Virus record (IMG/VR): IMGVR_UViG_3300035703_000006
Span: 1-64,000 of that record
Strand: one strand, 5' to 3'
Length of the DNA: 64,000 nt
Positions within the stretch are counted from its first letter, which is position 1. Each line of letters begins with the position of its first letter. The notes below the pieces were generated by a model. The model was not told the DNA's origin, ran no database searches, and worked only from the letters and a program-made list of their open reading frames with translations. The position numbers and the translations under genes are program-made. Below, in pieces: positions 23,201-32,503 of the stretch.

Positions 23201-25604
23201 TTCCAATTATAATGAAAGGAAATTAGATACAAATTTGACATCAATTCCAACTGAAATTTATTACAATTTAGTTTCATTATCTAATCAGGAAATAGAAAAA
23301 AATCAACTATCTTCTGACAATGAAGTTGTTGGATTTAATAAAATTAAAATAATTCCAAATAACATCAATACTTACCATCCTATAATAAAAACAGGAAATT
23401 CACAATTTAAATTCAATTTAAATACTATTCCAGAACCCCTTACATTCATTTCTGGTTTATCAACTTCTAACTACGATACAGATTCAAAAAATGCTATTGG
23501 GCCTATATCAAATATTAGAGTTAATTTTGGAGGAAGAGGATATAAAAAAGTTCCAAAAATTTCAACAATCCAAACATCTTTAGGCAAAGGGGCATCATTA
23601 GAAGCAAAATCATCATCTATTGGAAAAATAGAAAATTTAGAAAGAGTTAAAGATGGATTTGATTATCCAAGTGATATTACATTAAAACCATATTTGAGTG
23701 TTCCTGCTGTTGCTCAAGTTGGAGATATATCAAGAATAGAATATATTGGAATCATTACTGGTGGAAAAAATTATAATACTGCACCCACATTAAAGGTTTT
23801 AGGAAATGATAAGATTAAATTATCTGCAAATTTACAAAGTGGTAGTGTAGTTAGTGTTAATATTATTCAAAATACAAATGATTTAATAAATCCTTTAAGA
23901 ATTGTACCTATAAGAAATTCTAATGGTTATGAAATTGATTCTGTTGTTTCTGCCAATAATGGTTCTAGTGTAACTTTAGAACTTCTTAATAACTCTGAAT
24001 TGTATCCACTAATTACAACTGGTTATGGTAATACTGATGTTGTATTTCCATTTTCTCAAGGTGATGAAATTTTTATAGAAAATTGCAGACAAGTTGATAA
24101 AACTAAAGACAATATAAATTCAAAAGATTATGGATATAGATTTTTCACCATAACTTCAGTAAGTCCCGAAAATTATACTATTACTTTTAGTATGACTGGA
24201 GTTAAAGATTCTTTGAATTTAAATCAGAATAATGGAGAATCAAATTATGAAAATGGATTTGGATATGGATATGTGGTGAATAAAAAAGATATGGCAGAAT
24301 TTGAAATGAACTTAGTTGATGACTTAAGTTATATTTCTGGTGAATCTGTCGTTGGATTTGATCGACAAGGAAATGCTGTTTTCTCTGCAAAAGTTGCAGA
24401 AGATGGTTGGGATAATGATATTAATCAATTAAGAATGATTGATGTGAAAGGTGAGCTTGAAATTGGCAATAAACTAAAAGGGGAAAAATCATTATTAAAT
24501 GGAACAATTAAAAACATAAACATATTTAATTTAAAAGCAAATCTCGGAGTATCAAGAAATAAAGTCAATGATAGTAAGAAACAAAATGGATATTTGAATG
24601 ATTACTTACAAAGAATTTCTGATAATTTTTACTATCAAAAATTCTCATATGCAATAAAAAGTCAACTTTCTTATGACAAATGGAAAGAACCCATTCGTTC
24701 AATTATTCACCCATCTGGATTTAAAGAATTTTCTGATTTAGATATTATAAGCATTCCATCTTCTTCTATGAAAGTTGGAATAAGCAGTAATAATTTAAGC
24801 TTAAATGTCTTGATGGATAATGTACAATCACTTTATTCCAAAAATAACTTTATTCTTGTTTCTGAAGATGAAGATAATTTATTTGAAGATGGTTCAATTG
24901 AGAGAGTTAACATTGGAGCAGAAGAAGGAATAGTTGCTGGAATTGGAACATTTGGGCCAATTTTTGGAATTCCATTAAAACAATACATTTTAAATAAAAC
25001 TAATAAAGTTTTATTGATGAATGACATTAGTGAAGAGTTTGATGGCTCTAATGATTATATTTCACTAGGAACAACTTCAATCACATTCAATTCATTAACT
25101 CAATATTACGTTGGAATTGCTACTAATAATTTAAATGTAGGAGATTATCTTGCAAATTCTGAATTTTTAATTCCAGAAGCAACCAGAATTGAATCTATAG
25201 GAATTAATAGTGTTAGAATAAATCTTTCACATCGTCTTACGAGTGGAATTAGCACAACTAATGTGGAAATTAGAAGAAAACTTCCAGGAAATAAGATTGT
25301 TGGTAAAAAATCTTTTGAATTAACTTCTGGTATTGGTTCAGATAAAGTTCCATTATATTACAGAGAATTTGATTCAAATTCAACTGAAGTTTTGAAATTG
25401 GACAATAATATTATTGAACTTAAAAATCATAATTTTCAATCTGGTCAAAAAATATTTTATAACCAAGATATTATTGATATTAGTCCAGTTGGTTCAGCAA
25501 CAACTGAAGTTGATAATGGATTTTCTTACACCATTTCCAACAGATTTGATTCAAATACAATTATGAGATTTGATATGACTATATTTAATTTTGATTCAAA
25601 TTAA
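17226..25604 (+). CDS. gp7: Baseplate wedge initiator gp7-like protein (2792 aa)
   Basis: Follows gp6; ESQIPEF N-terminus, KDFYITKGTDTSFKILF, IIHPSGFKEF; internal GxGY repeats and a YHYH-like segment. Confidence 0.8.
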   Translation: MSEIKRVKIQSFIESQIPEFLNSESPLFKEFLEQYYISQEHQTGVVDLSANLQKYKSIDNFNTETFYSLVGICTLTSDLASFEDTLYVNHTIGFPQQYGLLKIDDEIITYTGITTNSFTGCIRGFCGLEKNEVNDSFKFSSTDSSDHIKGSQVTNLNILFFQELFKKFKTQFLPGFEDREFTSGVNLQTILSRAKDFYITKGTDTSFKILFSILFNESISVIKPQDYVISSSSNEYLITKNILVEQIARDANLKVSDSVLRKELKGKTIFQTTSDNKTASASIYNVEYRPVNTGDFIYNSIGAGQTTQKNYTIKDFYEISLDSTSLILDFKSTKKTKVLEYTLKNSKSILVDSTIGFKQSGTLLIKPKNLSNPIVLSYTDKTINEFLNVTGLTIDLDYGAEIIEEEFLYSYLNDGTKVEFRLINIIDSIDYGKTSNLRVDDKINLSSFGIDLNDRLEFNQWIYNIPTTHNIKSVEDNTIYLYENINLSIGDKVILSNPNLIDVESVEVEVENFGFNNYGYFVNVKSFGQILNDKTQLKKTINKAFSNQNYFPNISVFSTGIQNSYIDYNNENFYVASSGLPNYDIYATDRKVFPSAGVGVSILNCQDHNFFTGEKIYYIPKSGNVGIKTSAYFVTKLNKDQIKLSYSNSDVFSKNYVFTNANINGDCIVKFDFQNKTLEDQKLFKKFNLTKKLNKFFTKDDRSTIDRATGILINGVEVFSPTLYDENIYYGKLDSVKIESEGKGYDVINFSGLEVTDINGSNADLKAHLIGSLSEVKILRPGIGYSRKPKITLSGGNGSGAVLESNLVKTNIISNFKGSTAVSIGFTTIDFLNGHNFDDGEEVSYINNSNGSVNPLVNNSNYFVGIVSSTQLKLYKTKEKALGKTDPIVFTGIGSGTHSLKTLNSKNTITKIYVKNRGEGYSNRNISVLSQISVNNQENGINTFDHYIFAKNHNFKDEDIVQYQNNNTPISGLSTQTNYYVKVVDENKFKLSVQGPSGSEKDNYNNKKYVKFNSIGSGIHTFSYPPIQINVEYVSGISTTPSLEPIVLGSVENVFISNEGRNYGSSNILNYHRRPYVGLSSISECVLKPVILNGSIIDVQVLNFGKGYKKDIDIKIFGKGKYAEVYPIVEDGKIKSINVLNPGIGYDEKTTLFVQRRGSGAKFTANVFEWKINQVEKNKNIISSDDEGLIAPSKNNNLTLEFIHFYPTKKLRYKVNNFIDKDGNEVVPDNNQNPYKILGWAYDGNPIFGPYGKINGESKLLKSSYELKNFGEIEVSIANQLRPDFPSGFFVQDYSYTEGNGDLDEYNGMFIDDKNLPNINYGYFATLSEDVKEPQYPYILPLLFKDSPIKENFNPQFNQKIDFEELNIVRNVGPYYLNSDNSTYELIDKVDQKYKQEFIVNDIKLSGIDSVSIFNSGDGYKVGDLLKFDSQSSSGNSVSASISRIEGKSVSNVQVGISTFTDVNFITKGISVKGITSQPHNLVSDDEIIISNISSSDFDYLKGTKKIYVFQKTTGLVEDLQNQSATGVTTYIKVNDVTGFEVDNFIGIGTETLKVIDVSSSESKLYVNRFDNYSGIHSVGLVSVSLLPNSFTFSSDFYDDSILENKTTYFNPTNTIGIGTTGSVYYNLVGFLTSLIGTLDASSPNVVGLNTAILKIGDYLEGSNNIQNNTIITSIGIGTIGISQNHTLGGGISTSLLRFSRNVYDKTIPSRSIYIPSHKYYTGQPITYNVGLGGNGIIVSETGAGTTFRLTNNQTIYAVNLGKDYVGLSTLGFTTNTGIGTTQNSLYFFNPVSNVGLSHSLTTQFEKIKGVVNNYSVVVSTSQTHGLQTGDNINFNFYQSNTKTIKIRYDSAIRKITTELIDFNPISGINTLTNEIEIPGNNLKTGDKVVYYTEGQTSVGGLSTNSVYYVLKQDLNKIKLCNYQYDTNVGVAITLTSVGAGSSHSFALINPPINILKGNILSFDLSDSSLLNMDLKLYKDSNFTQELETFKYSNYNERKLDTNLTSIPTEIYYNLVSLSNQEIEKNQLSSDNEVVGFNKIKIIPNNINTYHPIIKTGNSQFKFNLNTIPEPLTFISGLSTSNYDTDSKNAIGPISNIRVNFGGRGYKKVPKISTIQTSLGKGASLEAKSSSIGKIENLERVKDGFDYPSDITLKPYLSVPAVAQVGDISRIEYIGIITGGKNYNTAPTLKVLGNDKIKLSANLQSGSVVSVNIIQNTNDLINPLRIVPIRNSNGYEIDSVVSANNGSSVTLELLNNSELYPLITTGYGNTDVVFPFSQGDEIFIENCRQVDKTKDNINSKDYGYRFFTITSVSPENYTITFSMTGVKDSLNLNQNNGESNYENGFGYGYVVNKKDMAEFEMNLVDDLSYISGESVVGFDRQGNAVFSAKVAEDGWDNDINQLRMIDVKGELEIGNKLKGEKSLLNGTIKNINIFNLKANLGVSRNKVNDSKKQNGYLNDYLQRISDNFYYQKFSYAIKSQLSYDKWKEPIRSIIHPSGFKEFSDLDIISIPSSSMKVGISSNNLSLNVLMDNVQSLYSKNNFILVSEDEDNLFEDGSIERVNIGAEEGIVAGIGTFGPIFGIPLKQYILNKTNKVLLMNDISEEFDGSNDYISLGTTSITFNSLTQYYVGIATNNLNVGDYLANSEFLIPEATRIESIGINSVRINLSHRLTSGISTTNVEIRRKLPGNKIVGKKSFELTSGIGSDKVPLYYREFDSNSTEVLKLDNNIIELKNHNFQSGQKIFYNQDIIDISPVGSATTEVDNGFSYTISNRFDSNTIMRFDMTIFNFDSN

Positions 25605-25606
25605 AC

Positions 25607-25614
25607 CATAAATA
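25607..25614 (+). promoter_or_regulatory. Late promoter variant (CATAAATA)
   Basis: In the short gap before 25637. Confidence 0.55.
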
Positions 25615-25636
25615 ATCAAAAGAATTTTAATATCTA

Positions 25637-27373
25637 ATGGCAAGACTAGGGATATTTACTGGAACTACACCTAATGACGGAACCGGAGACACATTATCTC
25701 AAGGTGCAGTGAAGGTTAATAGTAATTTTGCTGAGATTTACAATGCAATCGGTGATGGCACTAACATCACCAATACTATTTCTTTTGCAGGAACCTCAAC
25801 AAATGTAGTTGGTGGAATTGCTTCTGTAACAAATTTAAATGTTTCTTCTGGCATTGCTACAATTGGATTTTTGACTGCAACTAACATTAATGTTGCTGGA
25901 GTTATAACTGCTTCTAGTTTTGTTGGTAACGTTACTGGAACGGCAACCACCGCCAATAACGTAAGTTCATTTATAAACATTAATACTTCAGGCATTATAA
26001 CTGCTTCTAGTTTTGTTGGTAGTGTTACTGGAACAGCAACTACAGCATCTAGTTTACCCTCAAATATTAATATTAATACTTCAGGTATTATAACTGCTTC
26101 TAGTTTTGTTGGTAGTGTTACTGGAACAGCAACTACAGCATCTAGTTTACCCTCAAATATTAATATTAATACTTCAGGTATTATAACTGCTTCTAGTTTT
26201 GTTGGTAATGTTACTGGTACAGCAACCACAGCAACTACAGCACTTGGTGTATCAACAACAATTAATATCAATACTAGTGGTATTATAACTGCTTCTAGTT
26301 TTGTTGGTAATGTTACTGGTACAACAACTACAGCAACTACAGCACTTGGTGTATCAACAACTATTAATATAAACACTTCAGGTATTATAACTGCTTTTAG
26401 TTTTGTTGGTAATGTTACTGGAACAGCAACCACAGCAATTGGATTAGGAACAACATCTAATATCAATACTAGTGGTATTATAACTGCTTTAAATTTCGTA
26501 TCAAATCAATCAGTTACAATTGATGGATCAGCTTTGATTGGTTCTACTATACTTTCACTCTCTGGTGTTTCATCTGATTTCACCTCAGTTGGTTCTCATA
26601 CTTTTACTATTCCAACAGGAGTTACAAAAATTTCAGCAATTGTAATTGCTGGTGGTGGTGGTGGTGGTGCAGGTCAAGCAAATAATGGGGGATCTGGAGG
26701 GGGAGGAGGAGGATTAAGATACATCAATGATTATCCAGTCACTCCAGGTCAAGTATTGAATATTAATGTTGGTAATGGTGGCAATGGAGGTATTAGTGGT
26801 GGCAGTGGAAGTTCTGGAGGGAATTCTGAAATTACTGGAATAGTAACTGCTTTCGGTGGCGTTGGTGGTTCAAACGCACAGGGAGGGTCTGCTGCTGGAG
26901 GGACAGGAAGTACAATTGGAGGAAATATTGGAGGAGGAAATGGAGGTAATGGTGGGCCTGGAGAATTGAATAGAGGTGGAGGTGGAGGAGGAACTGGTGG
27001 ATATACAGGAAATGGTGGAGATGGTACATCAAATACTGGAAATAATGGTTCTGGTGGTGGTGGAGCAGGTGGTGGTGGAGTAGGTGGTGGTGGTGGTGGA
27101 GTAGGATTACTTGGAGCATCTTCAAGTGGCACAGGGGCAGCAAACTCAGGTGGTGGAGGTGGATCTGGAGGTTCTTCTGGAACAACAGGAACAGATAATT
27201 CAAATGGAAGTTCTGGGGGCAACTATGGAGCAGGTGGTGGTGGTGGTGATAATTTTAATGGAGCACTTGGAGGTAATGGTGCCCAAGGTGCTGTGAGAAT
27301 TTTATGGTCTCCAAATTCAAAATTTTCAAGACTTTATCCATCACATCAAGTTGGAAACAACATAAATCAATAA
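25637..27373 (+). CDS. Tail fibre/baseplate-attached protein with gp9/gp10-like N-terminus, internal repeats and Gly-rich C-terminus
   Basis: GTTPNDGTGDTLSQGAVKVNSNF; SGIITASSFVG repeats; GGGGG-rich domain. Confidence 0.75.
   Translation: MARLGIFTGTTPNDGTGDTLSQGAVKVNSNFAEIYNAIGDGTNITNTISFAGTSTNVVGGIASVTNLNVSSGIATIGFLTATNINVAGVITASSFVGNVTGTATTANNVSSFININTSGIITASSFVGSVTGTATTASSLPSNININTSGIITASSFVGSVTGTATTASSLPSNININTSGIITASSFVGNVTGTATTATTALGVSTTININTSGIITASSFVGNVTGTTTTATTALGVSTTININTSGIITAFSFVGNVTGTATTAIGLGTTSNINTSGIITALNFVSNQSVTIDGSALIGSTILSLSGVSSDFTSVGSHTFTIPTGVTKISAIVIAGGGGGGAGQANNGGSGGGGGGLRYINDYPVTPGQVLNINVGNGGNGGISGGSGSSGGNSEITGIVTAFGGVGGSNAQGGSAAGGTGSTIGGNIGGGNGGNGGPGELNRGGGGGGTGGYTGNGGDGTSNTGNNGSGGGGAGGGGVGGGGGGVGLLGASSSGTGAANSGGGGGSGGSSGTTGTDNSNGSSGGNYGAGGGGGDNFNGALGGNGAQGAVRILWSPNSKFSRLYPSHQVGNNINQ
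25883..26500 (+). repeat. Coding tandem repeat (93-102 bp units, about 7 copies)
   Basis: TAATACTTCA recurs at 25981, 26074, 26167; unit ININTSGIITASSFVGxVTGTATTA. Confidence 0.9.
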
Positions 27374-27388
27374 AGGTATTAAAGAAAA

Positions 27389-27874
27389 ATGGCAAACAAC
27401 ACAGGAGTATTTTTTAATATTAATGATAATGATGGAATACCTTTGGTTGGTGTTTCGACTAATGGAAGAGTATTTCTTGATCCTTTTTATGGTAATGTTG
27501 GTGTCGGAGTGACAAATCCAATAACAAAGTTTCAAATTGAAACTTATGGAATTTCAACAAAGTCTAGTTATTTTAATGCTTCTGTTGGAATTACCACGGA
27601 CATTGATTCATTTACCATTTCTTCTTCAGATTTTAAAACTTTAGAATATACTTTACATTTTCAAAATGGGAATAATATACAATCACAAAAAGTTCTTGTA
27701 ATGCAAAATGGTTCTTCTGCTTATGCAGAAGAGTATGCAATTATGTTCGAACCAAATCAAATTGTTTCAATTGGTGCTACAGTTTCTTCTGGTGTTTGTA
27801 AGTTGCAGGCAACACCAGAATCTGGAATAACTGGATTGACCACATATAGAATTGTGAGAGGAGGATTGTTGTGA
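27389..27874 (+). CDS. Putative virion structural protein
   Basis: In the tail module; GNVGVGVTNP fibre-type motif. Confidence 0.7.
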   Translation: MANNTGVFFNINDNDGIPLVGVSTNGRVFLDPFYGNVGVGVTNPITKFQIETYGISTKSSYFNASVGITTDIDSFTISSSDFKTLEYTLHFQNGNNIQSQKVLVMQNGSSAYAEEYAIMFEPNQIVSIGATVSSGVCKLQATPESGITGLTTYRIVRGGLL

Positions 27875-28128
27875 GAAAAATAATACAAAAATTAAATAAT
27901 GATGATGAGATTGAGATTAATGTTAGTCATGAAGATTTTTTCAGAAGAAAAATTATAGTTGATAATCTTAAAAATCCAATCATGAGAGAAAAACTAAAAC
28001 AATTATATGATTCTAAAACGTTGCCTCCAGAAAAAGCAGAAATGCTCAATGAACTTTTTGAGGTAAAAGAAATAATTGAAATTGATCGTGATGATGCATT
28101 AAATTTAATTCCATTAGAAGATAACTAA
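27871..28128 (+). CDS. Hypothetical protein
   Basis: GTGA overlap; 85 aa. Confidence 0.6.
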   Translation: MRKIIQKLNNDDEIEINVSHEDFFRRKIIVDNLKNPIMREKLKQLYDSKTLPPEKAEMLNELFEVKEIIEIDRDDALNLIPLEDN

Positions 28129-31100
28129 TGAAAAAAGTATATACTGTCATTATTAAAGACGCATCAAAATCTGAAGAAATTCATAACTTATTGTGTTCTC
28201 ATACTCATGACATTGAAAATATTCCCAACGAATGTATTGAGTGTGCCAATAGAAAGACTTCTAGTTCTTTACGAACTAGTTATTTGTTGACAAAAGAACA
28301 AGTAAATATCCTAAGAAATAACCCTGACATTGAAAGTGTTGAACTTGATCAACACTTTCATCCCAATTATAATGCATCTATTAGAACAAATAGATATGCA
28401 AATGAGACATATTCGTATAGAACTCAATATCGTGATTTTTACAAAAGAGCGTTTAATGTAAGTGGTACAATTTATTATGGATATACATTCCCATGGAAAA
28501 ACATGGGGTCATCCACAAATACATCATTGAGGCAAACATATTCTAAAATACAAGAATATGCAAAAGAAGCAACAACAAATAATACAGCGTTTTATGTATA
28601 TCTAAATCCTACAAACTTATCAGACCAAAATTCTGATGTTATAAGTTGGAGTAAAATAAGGACAAAGTACAAATATAATCCGTGGAAAAATGTTAGTTCT
28701 GGGATAGTTTATAATGATAATATTCTTTCTGGAAGAGATGGAAGTGATGTAGATATTGTTATACAAGACGTAGGTGTTGATAAACATCATCCAGATTTTT
28801 TAGATTCTCAAGGAAACAGTAGAGTCAGAGATATTGTTGTCGATGGTCCACAATATGTTGATCCACAATATTTTTCAAACAATCCAAGTAAAACGTATAT
28901 TGATTGGTGGCAAAATGCAAGTAATAGATCCTCTCAATTTCAAAGTTTAGGAACCTTAACTGTTCCAAGATATACTGTATTACTTTATGTTTTTACAGGT
29001 GCAACGTATGCTAATTTTAGTTCAAATATTGGGAAAACTATTACTCAAACTGTAGGTGGTGTAGAATATACTAGAGGAACAATTGTCAATACTCTTGAAA
29101 TTTTTGGAGATAGTTGGTTTTACGTTAAAGTTCAATTAGATTTAGGTAAACCACATTTTAGATATCATTCACCTGAGTCTGCAGGCAATCCATACAATGG
29201 AAATTCTCCAACATTGGGAAATACTCCAGCAGATATTAAAATTGACCCTACAGGATCTAATATAACAGAATTTCCACCAAATATTGCTGCTGGATTTGTT
29301 TATCAAACAGGATCTGTATTGGAAAATAATCCTAACAATACTCCAGTTGATAGTACGGGGCATTACAATCTTGCTACAACTATGTCGATTACTGAGGCGA
29401 CATTTGGAAACAATGCAAATGCGTGGGCAGATGGTGCTTCTGGGGGAACTCCACCATCCAGTGCCTTAGAATATGATTGGGACACATCTACAAATCCATC
29501 AACATATCAAGGATATACATTAGAATATAAACTTGGATTAGAGGGTAGAACAAGAACACATGGAACTCATTGTGCCTCTGAAGCTGCTGGAAAAAAACAT
29601 GGATATGCGCCAGGGGCAAATATATGGTCCATTAAATGCCCATTCGATGGTCAATCTTGGGCATCTGGATCTACAACAATTGATGCTGAGCAATCTTTTG
29701 ATTTTGTAAGAATATTTCATCAGGCAAAACCAAATAATCCAACATATGGAAATAAAAATCCAACAATACTCAGTGGAAGTTGGGGATATGGTATAACACC
29801 TTTTTATGGAATTTCGAATGGAACAACAATTAGTTATAATTATAGAGGAAACTCTTCAACATACTCTTTTGTTGATTCTGGAGCAAATCCTAATGATTTG
29901 AGTTCTACTCCAGATTTCATAAAAACTAGTTTATACCTAGAAAAACAAAATATAAGTAATGCAATCAACAATACGTATTATCAATCTAATTCTGGACGAA
30001 ATGTTTTTACTGGAATATCTGTAAATCTTAGTGATAGTGCAATCAAATCTGCAGGAGAAGAATGCCTTAATGCAGGAGTTCATATGTGTTTTAGTGCTGG
30101 CAATGATAATACTTATGTTATTAAAGACACCTCCGATCAGGATTATAATAATTCAATTGTTAATCCAGTTCTTAACGAAACAGTATATCTCCATAGAGTT
30201 GGAACCCCAAGTGATATTGATGGTTCTGTAAATGTTGGAGCACTTTCTTGTACTACAAAAACTGATGGAACAGAAAGAAAAGATAATTATTCATGTAAAG
30301 GGCCTGGTGTTGATATATATGCACCAGCTCTGAATACAATTTCTGCTAGGGCTTTTCAAAAGCATAATGTCAATTCTTCTGTAGGTAGTGAAGTCTGGTA
30401 TTTTCAATATTATCCAAATAATCAAAAAGATGAATTGTACGATTGGTTCTCTGGAACTAGTTCTGCCTGCCCAAACGTTGTAGGTGTTTTAGCATTATTC
30501 TTACAAAAAAATAGAACTGCTACACCAGCACAATCAAAATCTTGGTTACTTGGAACATCTTCAACCTATTCTACTTCAGGTTCTTATATAGATACTGATA
30601 TTTCAAATCCAACTCCTAACAATTTCTGGGGAGATTTTTCAACATACACAACAGATATTTCAAATACAATTAACGAGCAAACTTATAATGTTGGCAATGT
30701 ATCTATTGTTTTAGATGCAAATCATCATATAGCATATTCTCAGACTGCTGAGATGTTAATGGATACTAATATTAAAATTTTACATAACCCCTATGCTTCT
30801 ACTTATTATGCTACAGATGCTTCATATGGTTTTTCAACAACAATATCCAATACAAATCCAGTTGAAGGTGAATCAATTCTGATAACAATTTCTACAGATC
30901 CTTCTATAAATGAAATATATTATTATAATATAGAAGAATTTCCTGGATCCAGTATAAGTGCTTCAGATTTTGTAAGCAATTCATTAAGTGGAAATTTTAT
31001 TGTAATAAATGGAATAGGTACAATATTATTAACTTTAGCAAAAAATCCAGAACTAGAAGGAGCAGAAAAATTTAGAGTTAGAATTCACTCCAATAGTTTA

Positions 31101-31238
31101 AATGGAACTATTGTTGGATATTCCGATTACATTACTAATTCTGATTTTGTTTCTGTTCAAACTGAAAATTCTTCAAATAATACATTTAAAATTTTAAATG
31201 CCAATGGTCTTACGTTTAAAAACATTATATTTAAATAA
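28128..31238 (+). CDS. Subtilisin-like serine protease (peptidase S8)
   Basis: Asp IVIQDVGVD, His THGTHCAS, oxyanion SAGND, Ser SGTSSACP. Confidence 0.85.
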   Translation: MKKVYTVIIKDASKSEEIHNLLCSHTHDIENIPNECIECANRKTSSSLRTSYLLTKEQVNILRNNPDIESVELDQHFHPNYNASIRTNRYANETYSYRTQYRDFYKRAFNVSGTIYYGYTFPWKNMGSSTNTSLRQTYSKIQEYAKEATTNNTAFYVYLNPTNLSDQNSDVISWSKIRTKYKYNPWKNVSSGIVYNDNILSGRDGSDVDIVIQDVGVDKHHPDFLDSQGNSRVRDIVVDGPQYVDPQYFSNNPSKTYIDWWQNASNRSSQFQSLGTLTVPRYTVLLYVFTGATYANFSSNIGKTITQTVGGVEYTRGTIVNTLEIFGDSWFYVKVQLDLGKPHFRYHSPESAGNPYNGNSPTLGNTPADIKIDPTGSNITEFPPNIAAGFVYQTGSVLENNPNNTPVDSTGHYNLATTMSITEATFGNNANAWADGASGGTPPSSALEYDWDTSTNPSTYQGYTLEYKLGLEGRTRTHGTHCASEAAGKKHGYAPGANIWSIKCPFDGQSWASGSTTIDAEQSFDFVRIFHQAKPNNPTYGNKNPTILSGSWGYGITPFYGISNGTTISYNYRGNSSTYSFVDSGANPNDLSSTPDFIKTSLYLEKQNISNAINNTYYQSNSGRNVFTGISVNLSDSAIKSAGEECLNAGVHMCFSAGNDNTYVIKDTSDQDYNNSIVNPVLNETVYLHRVGTPSDIDGSVNVGALSCTTKTDGTERKDNYSCKGPGVDIYAPALNTISARAFQKHNVNSSVGSEVWYFQYYPNNQKDELYDWFSGTSSACPNVVGVLALFLQKNRTATPAQSKSWLLGTSSTYSTSGSYIDTDISNPTPNNFWGDFSTYTTDISNTINEQTYNVGNVSIVLDANHHIAYSQTAEMLMDTNIKILHNPYASTYYATDASYGFSTTISNTNPVEGESILITISTDPSINEIYYYNIEEFPGSSISASDFVSNSLSGNFIVINGIGTILLTLAKNPELEGAEKFRVRIHSNSLNGTIVGYSDYITNSDFVSVQTENSSNNTFKILNANGLTFKNIIFK

Positions 31239-31241
31239 ATA
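31234..31241 (+). promoter_or_regulatory. Late promoter variant (AATAAATA)
   Basis: Just before 31256. Confidence 0.5.
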
Positions 31242-31255
31242 ACTAAAAAAGAAAA

Positions 31256-32476
31256 ATGGCAAATAAAAGTTTTGGTGTAAAAGAATTATCTGTTATTAGT
31301 TCAAATCAAACACCAACAATTGAAAGTGTCACTGATATAATAGTAAATGCCAATAATGTAGCCATTAGCACTAATGTGACTGTTGGCAATCGTGTTGGAG
31401 TGGGAACTACAAATCCAATAACAAGTTTGGATATTCGTGGAAATGTTTATACTTCAGGTATTATAACTGCTTCTAGTTTTGTTGGTAATGTTACTGGTAC
31501 AGCAACCACAGCAATTGGTGTATCGACAACAATTAGTATCAACACCAGTGGCATTATAACTGCTTCTAGTTTTGTTGGTAATGGTTCTGGACTTACAAAT
31601 ATTCAATCTGGGCAATTGACAGGAGCACTTCCCGCAATTGATGGTAGTGCTTTAACTGGAATTGTCGGAAGTGGTTCTGGTATTATTGTAAAAGACTCTG
31701 GAACAACTGTAGGAACAGCAGGAACTATTGACTTTGGTGATAACTTAACTGTATCTGCAATTTCTGCTGGTGTTGTTACTGTAACAGGATCTGCTGGTGG
31801 TGGTTCTTCTCAATGGGTCACGACTGATGTAGGTATTCATACACTCTCTAATGTTGGTATCGGAACCACAAATCCAGGGGCAAGATTAAATGTAGTAAAT
31901 AATAGTTCTTCTGATGCATTAAGAATCACTCAACTTGGAACTGGCAATGCTCTGGTAGTTGAAGACAGTGCTAATCCTGATAGTACTCCTTTTGTTGTTA
32001 ATGCTTCTGGTTCTGTCGGTATAGGAACCACAAATATAACAACAGGTTATAAAGTACAAATTCATAATGGGTTTCTTCAACTTACTAATAATAATGAAGG
32101 AATTGCGTTCAACAAAGGTTTACTTATTGGTTACAGCAGTTTTGATAATTTTCATACTATAAGTTCTTGGAATTTAGCACTTACTCTTACTACTGGTATA
32201 AATGCAGTACCTGTAGTAATACAACCAATTAACGATAGAAGAGTTGGTATTGGATCCCAAAATCCAAATAATAAACTTGATGTTATTGGTAGTACTTATA
32301 TTTCTGATAATCTTGGAGTTGGAATCACAAATCCAACATCAAAACTTCATATCATTGGTGATGCAAGAGTTGGTATTGATACATCTCAGGGTGTAATCTT
32401 AACATCAGCAAATGGAACAAAATATCGTCTAATTGTAAGTGATGCAGGGGCATTGAGTACAATTTTAGTCCCTTAA
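31256..32476 (+). CDS. Tail fibre-like protein
   Basis: VGIGTTNP repeats, SGIITASSFVG repeats, GSGLTN motif. Confidence 0.75.
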   Translation: MANKSFGVKELSVISSNQTPTIESVTDIIVNANNVAISTNVTVGNRVGVGTTNPITSLDIRGNVYTSGIITASSFVGNVTGTATTAIGVSTTISINTSGIITASSFVGNGSGLTNIQSGQLTGALPAIDGSALTGIVGSGSGIIVKDSGTTVGTAGTIDFGDNLTVSAISAGVVTVTGSAGGGSSQWVTTDVGIHTLSNVGIGTTNPGARLNVVNNSSSDALRITQLGTGNALVVEDSANPDSTPFVVNASGSVGIGTTNITTGYKVQIHNGFLQLTNNNEGIAFNKGLLIGYSSFDNFHTISSWNLALTLTTGINAVPVVIQPINDRRVGIGSQNPNNKLDVIGSTYISDNLGVGITNPTSKLHIIGDARVGIDTSQGVILTSANGTKYRLIVSDAGALSTILVP

Positions 32477-32482
32477 TAAATA
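32475..32482 (+). promoter_or_regulatory. Late promoter variant (AATAAATA)
   Basis: Just before 32504. Confidence 0.5.
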
Positions 32483-32503
32483 TAAAAAAATCAGAAAATA
32501 ATA

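Noticed and set aside
25738-27296. Long minus-strand ORFs (242 aa, 157 aa Pro-rich, 123 aa His-rich) and the +61 aa ORF over the fibre gene
   Set aside because: Shadows of the tandem repeat and GGN-rich codons; low complexity, no RBS or promoter
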